A DNA stretch of 64,000 nucleotides from Azolla caroliniana (taxonomy: Eukaryota > Plantae > Polypodiophyta): positions 7,440,001 through 7,504,000 of the forward strand of contig JBHGNT010000021.1 in the NCBI GenBank assembly GCA_043228905.1. The letters are read 5' to 3'. A program made the position numbers and the translations under genes. Positions 51,453 through 63,278 of the stretch are shown piece by piece. Position 1 is the stretch's first letter. Every line of letters begins with the position of its first letter. The notes beneath the pieces are model-generated. The model was not told the DNA's origin. It did not search any database and saw only the letters and a list, made by a program, of their open reading frames with translations.

Positions 51453-54400
51453 TGTCGCGAAGTTTCGCACGTGCGTGTAGAAGGGCGGGACCACGGGGGT
51501 CTCGGACTAGGGAAGAAGGGAAGCCGAGAAGACGATTTCGGGCGCGTTCCGGAAGCAACCGAACGAGAGAGAGAAAGAGAGGGAGAAAGAGAGCTAGGGT
51601 AGGTTACAACAACAGTCTGCAGCCAAGCCGTCGTCCAGGGAGCTCTCGGGCTCGTCACGCAGAGCGGGGTCTTGCACAGGAGACCGAGCAGAAACAACCC
51701 TCAACAATCAACCGACACCGCGAAGAAGAGGAAGAAGAAGTAGAAGAACTAACCCTAAATCTAACGATATACCCTCTAACACAAAATGGGCAACCCCTCT
51801 ACAAGGAACCATCCCTTCATTTTATAGAACAAGGAGAGGGATGCGTTACAATGTGGGATAAATCCCGATTTACATGGGATTCTTCATCCCGACTTAACTC
51901 CTATTATCCACACAATTATACGAGGGTGAGCGCACATGGTGCACTCCGCCGATGTAGCCGATATTCCCCGGTTTCCGCCTCTGGCCGAAATTCTTCACGA
52001 CATCCGCCCCCACCAAACCGCACGTGCACCGGTACGTGCCAAATCCGGTGAAGGGTGAGAGATTTCGGCCGGTGAGAAACCGGTCTTCCGTAGTCCGCAT
52101 CCCAGCTCGCTGCCGGTTTGAACCGTCGACTTCGGTTCTTCCTTCGCACTTACCTCCCCGTAGGCTCGTTCGACCCGTCGATGGGTCCTTCGCCGCGATC
52201 TCCGTAGTACACATACTTCCGTTGGCCCTTGTTCGGCCGTATGCACGCCCCGCTTCCCGTCGTATGCCTGATGTCCTCCGCTTGAGGAACTCCCGTAGTG
52301 GCCCGCTTGGCCTCCATCGACCATTCGTGTCGTCCTGATTGTCGTCCCATGTTGTTTCGCGTTGCCTTCGTCCTCTCGCCGCCACCTTCCTTCTCCATGG
52401 TCTTACGTCGCCACGTCGGCTCGAACCGCCATGGTCTCCGAAACAGTGTGGAGGATCCTTCTCTGGCCTTCTACACGCTTCCTCCGAACCGCGCAACCCA
52501 TCTTCGCGCTCGCCTTTCCGCTCCGGCACCTCCGTGTGCCGCATACCCTCATCCGTTGTCATTGCACACCTTGTCGGCCCCTTTCCCGGCCAGATCGTGC
52601 ATAGCCGCTCCTCTGCATACCGGTGTCCTCCGCATCCGAGGAACACCCCGTAGTAGCCCGCTTGGCCCTTCCCGTTTTCGTGATGCTGCAACAAGTCCCG
52701 AGTCTTCCGCTTGTCGTCGTCCCCTCGCCCCCACCAGCTTGTCACCCCCGGGCTTGCCGTGTCAGTCTTCGCTACTTCGACGGAGGAACCAAGTTCTACG
52801 ACGCGAGTGTGGAGGATCCTCCTCCGGCCTCTCTTGTCATCCCCTAACTCCGACCATGTGCAGTCAACTATGCACCCGCTACCTCATTCCCGGCACCTCC
52901 CTTGTGTCGTCTTCCGCTTCCTTTGTTCGGCATCGCCCGTGCCGAACACCGCCCCGTAGTCACGCTTTGATCCGGCCCGCGATGGCCACTTGCGAGACTC
53001 TTGTTCCGCCCCATGTGTCCCTTTTCGGCCCGACACACCTTCCCGTGTTTGCCCCTACCGGCTCCTTCCAAAACCATAACCGACCGGTAAGGGTTTCGCA
53101 CTTCGTCCTCCCCTGTCTTACCGACTCCCGATCCGTTATCTCGTGTCGTCGGGTCCCGTTCCCTGCCGCCACCGTCCTTCTCCCTAGGTCTCACGCCGAC
53201 TCCCGTTAGCCGGCCGCCGGAGTCTCCGGATCGGTGTGAGGGTCCCATAGGACCTGACTCCGTTTCTCTGCTTGCTGTAATTCGGGTATCTTTCGCCGGA
53301 GTCCTTCGCGACTCTCCTCGTGTCTTCCGCGTAGCCGGTTCCTGCCTTCGTGTTATCTGGTCCCGTTTCCCGCCGCCACCAACCTTCTCTCTCGGTCTCA
53401 TGTTACCACGTTGGCCGAACTACCGGAGTCCTTGGTTCGGTGTGGGGATCCCGTAGGACCGGACTTCCTTATGCTCGTGACCTTGCCGGTCGGTCCGATT
53501 CGGTTCGTAGCCGCTTTGCCGGCCTGATACCTTCCTTCTCCACTTTCCGTCGTCCGAACACGTTCACCTACCGCCACCGTCCTTTCCTATAGGACTCACG
53601 CCGGCTCTCGGGCCGACCACCGGGTCGGTGTGAGGATCTTCGTGGGACCTTGGTTTGCCCGCCCTCAGTTCTTTGCCTTCGTCCCCCCGCCGCCACCGTC
53701 AGTATCTTGGTCTTACGCCGACCGCGCTGCCAACTGCCGAAGTCTCTAGATCCGGTGTGAAGGATCCTCCTTGGGCCTTTGTATCTCTGACCCTTATCCC
53801 AAATCATCTTCGTCCGCATGTTGAGAGGGTGGCTTGCTCCACACCCTCTCCCGTGGTATCGTCGTACCGTGTTCCCGGCCTCTCTCTCTTCTTCCGGATC
53901 GGTTATCTGGAAGTTCGTTCCACCCCATTCTCGTCCGGGTCCGTTCGTCATTCTCCAGATTACCGAGTCCCGTTCTCCTATTGCCACCAACCTCTCCTAT
54001 AGGACTCACGCCGGCACTCGGGCCGATAGCCGGATTGGTGTGAAGATCTCATGGGACCAGTTTTCGTTCTCCTCTTCATCCCCCGTACTTCTCCTGAACT
54101 CGCTGTCACTCTCCTTGTTGCGTTCCCACCTTGATCTTCCATCTCTTTCGGTCTTACGTTGCCCCGTCGGCCGAACAGCCGAAGCCTCTGGATAGGATGT
54201 GGCGTAACTGATTTCTCAACATCTTTCGGCGACTCGTCCGGGCCACCGCTCCTTTTAGTGGTGTCGGTGGATAGCATTCGCTCTACAATCAGTCAAGCCC
54301 CGCCTGAGTTTGATTCTCTAATGTCCGGAGTTTCGGCTCCAATGCCGATCTTGCCAGACTCGTTCTGATCCCCTGATCACCCTCCTTCCAATTCCCGACC

Positions 54401-56709
54401 TTCGCTCGGTCGTTCTTTCTCCCCATGTAAAAGAGGGTGGCTCGTCCCGCACCCTCTCCCGTATCGGCACCTTTATGCCGAATCCGGCCCCGATCGAACA
54501 ATCCACGACCGGATTACACTCCACCCGTATCGGAGCGTCGCGCGGTTCGGTTCCCGGTCAGGTCGTTCCTTGGTCTCTTCGTCGACCTTTTCATGGGCCA
54601 TCTCCCATCCATCTTTGCTGGCATCATGCCAGGACTCCTCGGTACCGCCATCCATCTCCTCGGTCTTACATGGGCATACGGGCCCAAATGTCGAGTTCTC
54701 CGGAATCGGGTCCGGGGGTTTTCGTCCGCTCCTTCCCCGTATCGTCTCGCCGGTGATTCTTGGTCTCTCGCCACCGCCTTCCTCCTCTTGGGGCTCACGT
54801 GGGCACTCGGGCCCGACTTCCATTGTCTCGGGAGCAAGTGTGGGAAGGCACAAAGAATCGCCCGTCTGTTTTACGCCCTTGTCCGTAGCCACCGAATCTT
54901 CGTGGTCGGCGGTCGTCTTCTTACCGATCGCGCAAGCCCCGCCTGGGCTCGCTTCTCCGATGTCCAGGGTTTCGGGCTGACATGCCCGAAACCACTGGTC
55001 CCACTTATCCGATTCCGCAATCGGTACCTCAACCTCGTCCTTGGCCGTTCTATCTCTGCAAGTTGAGAGGGCGTTTTGTTCCGCACCCTCTCCCGTGGTA
55101 CCGTCTTACCGATCTTCCGCCATCACGTGGGGCAAGTCCGTCTCCTCAGTCTCGGCTTGCGGCCTCGATCTTTCCTCTTCCTTGAGCATCGCCTCGAGAG
55201 CTGCGTACGCCTCCGCAATCCTGGCCCCAACGCTGACCCTTGCTGACTCTCTTTGCTGTTCGGCCTCTTCCCGTTGTGATGGCACGCCATCGCGCGCCTT
55301 CCTCTTAGCCTTCTCGGCTCGCTCGTTGTCTAGTCGTTGGCACACCCTTCCGACCTTCGACCAGTCCTCCGTAAGCCCATTCGCTCCGTCATCGTCTTCG
55401 AGCTCAATCTCGATAGCCTCCCGTTCCGCTCGGTCGATCGACCTGACGAACAATAGGACTTTGTCCGCCCCAACCAAACCTTGTTCCCGCTCCGAGAGCC
55501 GAGCAAGCCATCGCTCGAACTCTCGGAACGCCTTCATTGCGCCCCGGTGGGTCTTTGCCAATGCTACCCACTGGTCGAAGTCGTGCCGTCCCCGGCTCTT
55601 CCGCCGTCCTCCATATGCCTGCAGGAGCGCCTCTTCAAAGGCCTCCCGCGAACTATGAGCTTCTCGGAGCTCCTTCACTTTCGCGTGCATACGGACGGCG
55701 ACAGCCCGACAGAAGAACTCCAGCCTCAACGCTTCGTCCACGTCTCGCTCCTCCATTTCCGCGTTAAAGGCGTCCAAGTAAGATGGGACTTTGTCCCCGT
55801 TGAAACGGCCGACTCTTTCGACCACTCGCTCAACCGTTTGTTGCGCGCGCTGCTTCTCGCCTCATCACCACTCGTGTCGACTCCAACACCACTTCGGCCA
55901 CCATCTCCACGAGGTCGTCGTCTTCCGATCCCATTCTCCCTTGCCGCTCTTCACGTCGGGTTCAACAAAGATGTCGCGAAGTTTCACGCGTACGTGTAGA
56001 AGGGCGGGACCACGGGGGTCTCAGACTAGGGAAGAAGGGAAGCCGAGAAGACAATTTCGGGCGCGTTCCGGAAGCAACCGAACGAGAGAGAGAGAAAGAG
56101 AGGGAGAAAGAGAGGGAGCGCGCGCTTGACACCAACTCACACACACACATACGCACATTGACCCGACTCACGCCCTTATGTACAGGAAATGCAGGAAAGG
56201 TGAAGCACCCGACACCAACAAAGACACGAATATACACAGACAGACACAATGTATGTATTACAAGGGAAAGAATACAACCCCGGCTTCAAGCCGAACCAAG
56301 CTAGGGTACGTTACAACAGCAGTCTGCAGCCAAGCCGCCGTCTGAGGAGCTCTCGGGCTCATCACGCAGAGCGGGGTCTTGCACAGGAGACCGAGCAGAA
56401 ACAACCCTCAACAGTCAACCGACACCGCGAAGAAGAGGAAGAAGAAGAAGAAGAACTAACCCTAAATCTAACGGTATACCCTCTAACACAAAATGGGCAA
56501 CCCCTCTACAAGGGACCATCCCTTCCTTTTATAGAACAAGGAGAGGGATGCGTTACAACGTGGGATAAATCTCGATTTACATGGGATTCTTTGTCCCGAC
56601 TTAACTCCTATTATCCACACAATTATACGAGGGTGAGCGCACATGGTGCACTCCGCCGATGTAGCCAATATTCCCCGGTTTCCTCCTCTGGCCGAAATTC
56701 TTCACGACA
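51453..56709 (-). mobile_element. Element E: gag-only, non-autonomous gypsy-like LTR element with tRNA-Trp PBS
   Basis: 5' LTR 55972-56709; 3' LTR 51453-52002 (~190-bp deletion); PBS 55950-55967; PPT GGTGGGGGCGGA; 4-bp TSD GCGG/ACGG inferred by comparison with the uninterrupted LTR at 583-988; no pol motifs. Confidence 0.88.
55106..55825 (-). CDS. gag: Gag-like capsid ORF of element E
   Basis: RFNGDKVPSYLDAF...AFREFER...DKVLLFVRS...GLTEDW, homologous to ORF 61028-61882 and lying just after the PBS. Confidence 0.7.
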   Translation of the reverse strand: MVERVGRFNGDKVPSYLDAFNAEMEERDVDEALRLEFFCRAVAVRMHAKVKELREAHSSREAFEEALLQAYGGRRKSRGRHDFDQWVALAKTHRGAMKAFREFERWLARLSEREQGLVGADKVLLFVRSIDRAEREAIEIELEDDDGANGLTEDWSKVGRVCQRLDNERAEKAKRKARDGVPSQREEAEQQRESARVSVGARIAEAYAALEAMLKEEERSRPQAETEETDLPHVMAEDR

Positions 56710-56849
56710 ACGGTATGGGACGTCAGTGGTAGGTTGGTTATGTCTAGATCATAGCTTGGGGGTGATTGGGTGGAACAGGTTCTTCTATCCAATCTATTTT
56801 CCTTCCTTTACTTTACTTTGGTCTATTTATTAGTAATAGACTCTTAACA

Positions 56850-58536
56850 GCTTCCTGCGTGGGGAATGCACGGCCGAGTCTCCACTACTCGTTGACTCTG
56901 TGTCTAACTGGTCATGTTGACTCAGTCGCTCATTCGACACACTTATCCTGAATGAGATCGGACTCTCTTCAAGAGCTCCGATGTCTCCTTCGTCCCGAGG
57001 CATTTCAGCCTCGTTGACCTCTTCGTCAAATATCAGAATGGAGTCATCAGGGGTTGGAGGTGAAGGCAAGTACCACGACGCGGACTCGTCAAACACAACA
57101 TCACAACTTACATGAGATTGTTTGGTTCGAGGATTATAACACTTATAACCCTTCTGTTCCTCCGAGTAGCCCACCAAGATACACTTTTCGGCTTTGGCGT
57201 CCAACTTCCTCCGTTTCTCCTTCGGCACATGCACATACGCAATGCTACCGAAAACCCTCAATTGTGCCAAGTTCAGCTTCTTCTTGAAGTACAACTCATG
57301 TGGCGACACTCCTCCATTGGCAGATGCTTGATACTGGAGGTAGAGGGTTGTTTTGATCGCTTCAGCCGAATAGAACTTCAGCTGATGCTTCTTTTCAAAC
57401 ATTGCCCTTGTCGCCTCCTTTATCGTCCGATTCTTCCTCTTGGCCACACCATTCTGCTGTTGCGTGTATCTACACAAGAATTTGTGTCTAATTCCCTCTT
57501 TCTGTAGATAACTCGAGAACTGGTTGGAGAAGTACTCCTACCTGCCATCGGACCTTACGCACTTGATCTTTCGCCCAGTTTCCCTTTCTGCAAGGCTCTT
57601 CACCTTAAGGAAACATGTGAAGACTTCACTCTTTTTCGCGATCAAGCACGCCCAAGTGTGCCTAGTGAAGTCATCGATGAAGGTTACGAAGTAACGGCTT
57701 CCTCCGATGCTCACGTTCTATGACGGTCCCCATATATCCAAATGGATCACATCGAGTAGATTTTGACTCCGATTAGGCTCGTTGGGGAATGGAAGTCGGT
57801 GTTGCTTCCCAAGCTGGCATGCTTCACAGACGTGGTTGTTCCGGCCACTAAATTTCGGCAATCCGAAAACAATGTTCTTCGTCTGCAATTCACGAAGTTA
57901 AGGGAAATTAACATGGCTGAACAGCTTGTGCCATAGGTCGATGTCCGACTCAACCTTCTGTCCTTTCACAAACAACGTAGTTCCGACTTCACTGGTGGTG
58001 AGGACAAACATCCTCCCTTCTCGATACCCTTGCACAATGACTTTCCCTTCTTCTTCGATGTAGCAACCGAGATGCGTGAATCGAACTTGCATCCCTTGGT
58101 TGAGGATTTATCCGACCGACACTAGGTTCTTTGTTATTGTCGGGATATGTAGCACGTTCATGAGTTTCCCTTTCTGCCCGACATGGCTAAGAGGAACTTC
58201 ACGAACATGTTTGATGGTATGTGAAGTGTCGTCTCCAGTTTCGACCACTCCTTGGTTTTCCAGTTTCTCCAAGTACGAGAACCCTTCCTTGTGACTCATC
58301 ATATGATTTGACGCTCCGGAGTCAACATACCACACCTCGTTCTATTTCGAGGTGTTCACCGCCATCGAATTGGCCTTGTGCTTTATTACAAAGGCTAGGC
58401 CTGAGCCATTTTCGGCTCGTTCGGAGCCCTCACCGTAGTGCGATCGCTGCCAATTTCCTTGTTCAGTCCGCCCGGATCCGGATGCAGTTATCTCTTAATC
58501 AACACGTTTCTTCCAGCACTCACTCTCCTTGTGGCC
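56850..58536 (-). pseudogene. pol: Copia family 2 fragment (knuckle-PR-INT), probably the 5' part of copy A
   Basis: WYVDSGASNH, LWHKLFSH, YTQQQNGVAKRKNR and KCILVGY. Confidence 0.88.
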
Positions 58537-58539
58537 GAC

Positions 58540-60389
58540 AAACAGACAAACCCTAATCATGGTGAAGAACAAAAGAAGGAAAGAATGGACAAAGAAATGG
58601 TTAGTTGGCTTCCGATAGAGAAGCTCAACAAAAGAAACTACACATCTTGGTCGTACATGATGCACCAGTACCTATTCGAGCAATGGCTACTAGAGTTATG
58701 TCGATGGAGCTAATGACGTAGCACCCGAATCGACACACAGAGATTTCCCGGCCTGGGAACAAGCGGCAAGCAGAGTTCTCTACTACTTCGCATCCTGTGT
58801 AAGCGATCAGCTTCTGAGCTACATTCGGGATGCGAGGACGCCAAAGGATGCTTTGGGAAATCTAAAAAAGGATTTCGTCGCGAGCTCCACAACCAGAAAG
58901 CTCCAACTCAGGCAAGAGTTGAGCAATGTTCAACAACGAGACATGTCGGTGGCTGATTACACCTCCAAGATCAAGGACATCTATGACTCTCTCGCCTCCA
59001 TCAATGTAAACGTGGAGGAGAACGAAATGGTGCAGGTTTGCCTCGGAGGGTTAGCGTCGAAGTTCAGAGCATTCCGAACTGCGGTCTGTACGAGGGAGAA
59101 TATGCCATCACTTTTTCGACTCACACTCGATGCTCCTAGTAGAGGAGAACAACATGGGTGCGTCAATGAGTACGCACGCCGACTGCAGGATGTTGTACAC
59201 GGAGGAACATAGGCCTCGTCGTCATGGTTGACAAGGCGAGTCGGTACGCAATGGAGGCGACCGACAGGAGCAAGATGGAAGGCATAGTCGTAATGCCAAC
59301 AGTAGTTTCGGACCCTCCGGAAGCAGGAGGAGTCGAGGCGGCGCAGGAAACCAGCAAGGAAAGCCTGTCGTGGAATGTTGGTATTGTGGCAAGAAAGGCC
59401 ACAGGGAGAGTGAGTGCTAGAAGAAACGCGTTGATTCGGAGATAACCGCACCCAGCTCCGGGTGGACCGAACAAGGAAATCGACAGCGATCGCACTACGC
59501 TGAGGGCTTCGAACGAGCCCAAAATGGATCCGACCCAGTCTTCGTAATGAAACACAAAGACAATTTGATGGTGGTGCACACCTCGAAACAGAACGAGGTA
59601 TGGTATGTCGACTCCGGAGCGTCAAATCATATGACAAGTCATGAGGAATGGTTCTCGTACATGGAGAAACCGGAAAAATAGGGAGTGGTCAAAACTGGAG
59701 AGGACACTCCGCATACCATCGAACATGTCGGTGAAGTTCCCCTTAGCCACGTCGAGCAGAAAGGGAAACTCATGAACGTGTTACACGTCCCGACAATAAC
59801 AAAGAACCTAGTGTCGGTTGGACAGATCGTTGACTAGGGGATGCAAGTTCGGTTCACGCATCTCGGTTGCTACATTGAAGAGGAGGGCAAAGTCATTGCA
59901 CAAGGGCACCGAGAAGGGAGGATGTTCATCCTCAACACCAATAAAGTTGGAATCATGTTGTTCGCGAAAGGACAGAAGGTCGAGTCGGACATCGACCTAT
60001 GGCACAAGCGGTTCGGCCATGTTAACTTCCCATGGCTTCGTGAAATGCAGATGAAGAACATTGTTTTCGGATTGCCGAAATTTAGTGGCCGGAACGGCCA
60101 AGTCTGTGAAGCTTGCTAGCTCGGGAAGCAGCACTGACTTCCATTTCCCATCGAGCGTAATCGGAGTCAAAATCCGCTCGATGTGATCCATTCGGATATA
60201 TGGGAACTGGCATAGAACGTGAGAATCGGAGGAAGTCATTACTTCATAACCTTCATCAATGACTTCACTCGGCACACTTGGGCATGCTTGATCACGAAAA
60301 AGAACAAGTCTTCGCGTGTTTCTTGAAGGTGAAGAATCTTGCGGAAAGGGAAACCAGGCGAAAGATCAAGTGCCTAAGGTCTTATGGCG
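58540..60389 (+). pseudogene. gag-pol: Copia family 2, copy D: gag-PR-INT start, no 5' LTR or PBS
   Basis: IEKLNKRNYTSW, RKLQLRQEL, WYVDSGASNH, LWHKRFGH and RKIKCLRS. Confidence 0.9.
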
Positions 60390-62537
60390 GTACCTTTGGA
60401 TATGCCCGTTCTGGGCCTTGCATCCTCTTCGTATGTGCCCGCTCCGGGCCACGCCTCCTCACGGCCACCGCCCATCTCCCCGGTCTTATGTCCACACTTA
60501 GGCGCAACCACCGTAGTCTCCGGTCTCGGTGTCGAGGGGTCTCTCCTCTGTCCGCTATGACCTTCCTCATCGTCGTTTCGGTCACCCGCTTTGCCGCCGC
60601 TACCTTCCGTCTCTCCGGTCTCACATGGGCTCTCGGGGCCGACCGCCAAACTCTCTAGAATAGGTGTGGGAAAAGTCCCGGCACCATCACTCGCCGATGT
60701 CATGTTCGTAGCCACCTTCATTTGGACGCCGTGGTCCGTGGCTATCTCATCCTCAGTTACGCAAGCCTCGATTATGCTTGCTACCTCCTTGTCCTCGTCT
60801 TGGTTGCCCGCTTTACCGCCACCTTCCGTCTCTCCGGTCTCACGTGGGCTCTCGGGCCCGACCGCCGAAGTCTCTAGAATAGGTGTGGGAAAAGTCCCAG
60901 CACCATCACTCGCCAATGTCATGTTCGTAGCCACCTTCGTTCGGACGTCGTGGTCCGTGGCTATCTCATCCTCGGTTACGCAAGCCTCGATTATGCTTGC
61001 TACCTCCTCGTAGAATGTTTCGGGCAATCACGTCCCAAAACTTATCCCCACTCTCGAAGTGGTGTTCATTCCTCCGTAGTTCCCGTCCTTATCTGTGGCC
61101 ATCCTTTTTCTGCAAGACGAGAGGGTGGCCTGCTCCGCACCCTCTCCCATGTCACCGTTGTACGCTCTTTCGACCTCCGCATAGGCCCCATCCTTCGTGT
61201 GTAGGGAGGCGTCTTCCTCCGTGTCCTCCGATCCTCTCAGGCCCGTCTCCATAGTGAACCCTTCTTCGGCTTTGATTTGTGCCTTCACGATCTCATACGC
61301 TTCCCGTACCAAGGCTTCGATGTTGAGCTCCACCGAACCATTCTGCGGTGAGCTTTCCTCCATCGGCGGTGGTGTGTAGTCACTCACCATCCTCCTTTCG
61401 CCGCCGCTTGCGGGCTGTGTTGCGGACGACCGCATCTCCTCATGTCGTCGGCATACCTTCTCTACCTCGTTCCAATCCTCGGTGAGGCCGTACGCCCCTT
61501 CATCGTCTTCGAGTTTGGGTAAAATGGCCATTCTCCCCTTTTCATCGACCGACTTTAGAAATAGTAGGACCTTGTCCGCTCCCACCGATCTTTGATCCCG
61601 GTCCGAGAGTTGAGCAAAACGATGCTCAAACTCTCGGAATGCTTTCATTGCGCTCCGAGGAGCCTTCACCGATGCTACCCATAGACCGAACTCGCGTTGA
61701 TCATAATCATTTGCCTCGTCCTGTCTTTCTCTTTGCCTTGCAAAATCCCTCACCATCCTCGCCATTGCTTTTATGATGTCTTCCTCTTCCATCCTCTTTC
61801 TCCCTTGCCGCCTATTCACGTCGGGTTCACCAAACATGTCGAGGAAATCCTCGCGGATGCGTGTAGAATAAGGCGGGACCACGGGGGTATTGGACTAGGG
61901 AGTAGATGGGAAGACGGGTATGAGCAAAGGGGAAGAGATTAACATGGTAGAGGAAGTAGAAAGAGACAAGATTCCAAAAGCTATGTATATTATGGGCATG
62001 GAAGCCTCAATGCGATTACAACCGCGGCCGCGTGGGCCGGACTCAAGACATAAGTAGAATGTAAACCCTAATAGGATAAGTAAAGAAAGATATGGGGAAA
62101 CCCTAAACCGAATAGATACTCTCGACCTAAGTAGTATACCTCTTCTTACTCAAAAATAGGCAACCCCTTCAATGGTGCCCCTTCCTCTCCTTTTATAGCA
62201 TAAGGAGAGAAAGTCGTTACAAAAAAGAGACTAAATATCCCCTTCATTGAATGGGGGATATTTGCTTAGATTCTTGGAGGAGGGATTGATGGGCCTTAAC
62301 TCCCACTCCTCACACGTACTGTTATGCCCCTTACTCACCTCGTACTCCTATGTACCCCTCTCTTTCTCATGTGGATGTGCACATAAGTGCACATCACATT
62401 TACATTTTAGGAATCTTACAATTTACATTTGTTCTTATTAATATTTACGAATACATCATGTGCGTGTGCAACGTTGCACACCCCGGTTTTGCTCACTCCG
62501 CTCGATTTTCCCCCTATGGACGAAAATCTTCACGACA
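60390..62537 (-). mobile_element. Element F: 3'-truncated relative of E (5' LTR 61837-62537, tRNA-Trp PBS, gag)
   Basis: LTR TGTCG...CACGACA; ATTCACGTCGGGTTCACCA at 61814-61832; gag ORF 61028-61882 continuing in frame to 60374 across one TGA; 219-bp tandem repeat. Confidence 0.85.
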
Positions 62538-62688
62538 CCGTTTCCGTGAAACCCTACATTCGTTGGAGCTAGAAGCCGATTCTGGACCGAAGCCCACAAA
62601 GCTTAAGGACTCCACCATCCGTCTCCCTAGTCCAAGACCCCCGCGGTCCCGCCTAAGATCCTACACGTACTCGCGGAATACTGCGACA
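62538..62688 (+). mobile_element. U5 end of another LTR carrying the conserved motif, in opposite orientation
   Basis: CCTAGTCCAAGACCCCCGCGGTCCCGCC at 62626-62653; ends GCGACA. Confidence 0.65.
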
Positions 62689-62690
62689 AC

Positions 62691-62975
62691 ATGTACATGG
62701 CGCATCATTATGTGTACATGACGCGAGTAGCGGAAGTGCGTGAGATGGAGACCTACGCAGAAGCGGCGAAGGATGCAAATTGGCGTGCTGCAATGGAGGA
62801 AGAGATGCACGCATTAACGGAAAATGAAACCTGGGAACTGGTTAACACCCCGAAGGGTGTAAAGCTGATTGGATGCATGTGGGTGTACAAGGTCAAGTAC
62901 AACACCAACGGCTCTGTTAACCAATATAAGGCCCGGTTAGTGGCAAGGGCTACGCGCAGAAGCACAACATCGATT
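62691..62975 (+). pseudogene. pol: Copia family 2 RT N-terminal fragment
   Basis: YMAHHY...WRAAMEEEMHAL...YKARLVA. Confidence 0.85.
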
Positions 62976-63278
62976 AATTTCTCTAGAACATTCTAGAAAC
63001 TTTAGGAGTACTCCTGACAACACTATAAAAAGAGGCACGCGGCATTATTTCGAACCAATTCGGTTCAACGCCAGTCTTAAGCCTCCTAGCTATTCTTGTA
63101 CTTACTCTTGATATAATATATCACTTGTTATCATCAATCTCTCTCTCTCTCTCGTGAGTCTTACACACTCCCTTCCTCTTAGTACTAATCCTCAATAGTA
63201 TTTTCCTTCTCTAGTACTAATTCTCTCTCTGTTTTTAGTACTATTCCTGATATTGAGAGCTTAGGTACATGTTGAACA
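62976..63278 (+). mobile_element. Probable LTR fragment
   Basis: TTCTAGAA repeats, CTATAAAAAGAGG TATA-like box, CT-rich tract, ends TGTTGAACA. Confidence 0.4.

Larger units (their letters stand above)
51114..56849 (+). mobile_element. Chromovirus 3' LTR split by element E (LTR parts 51114-51452 and 56710-56849)
   Basis: Homologous to the solo LTR at 583-988; ends CTCTTAACA. Confidence 0.85.

Noticed and set aside
51452-52051. Plus-strand ORFs 51452-52051 and 56249-56833 with poly-E
   Set aside because: Antisense translation of the same LTR (GAA repeats); the similarity reflects LTR identity.
61814-61832. tRNA-Trp gene
   Set aside because: Only the 3' 19 nt including CCA are present, adjacent to an LTR. 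This is a PBS.
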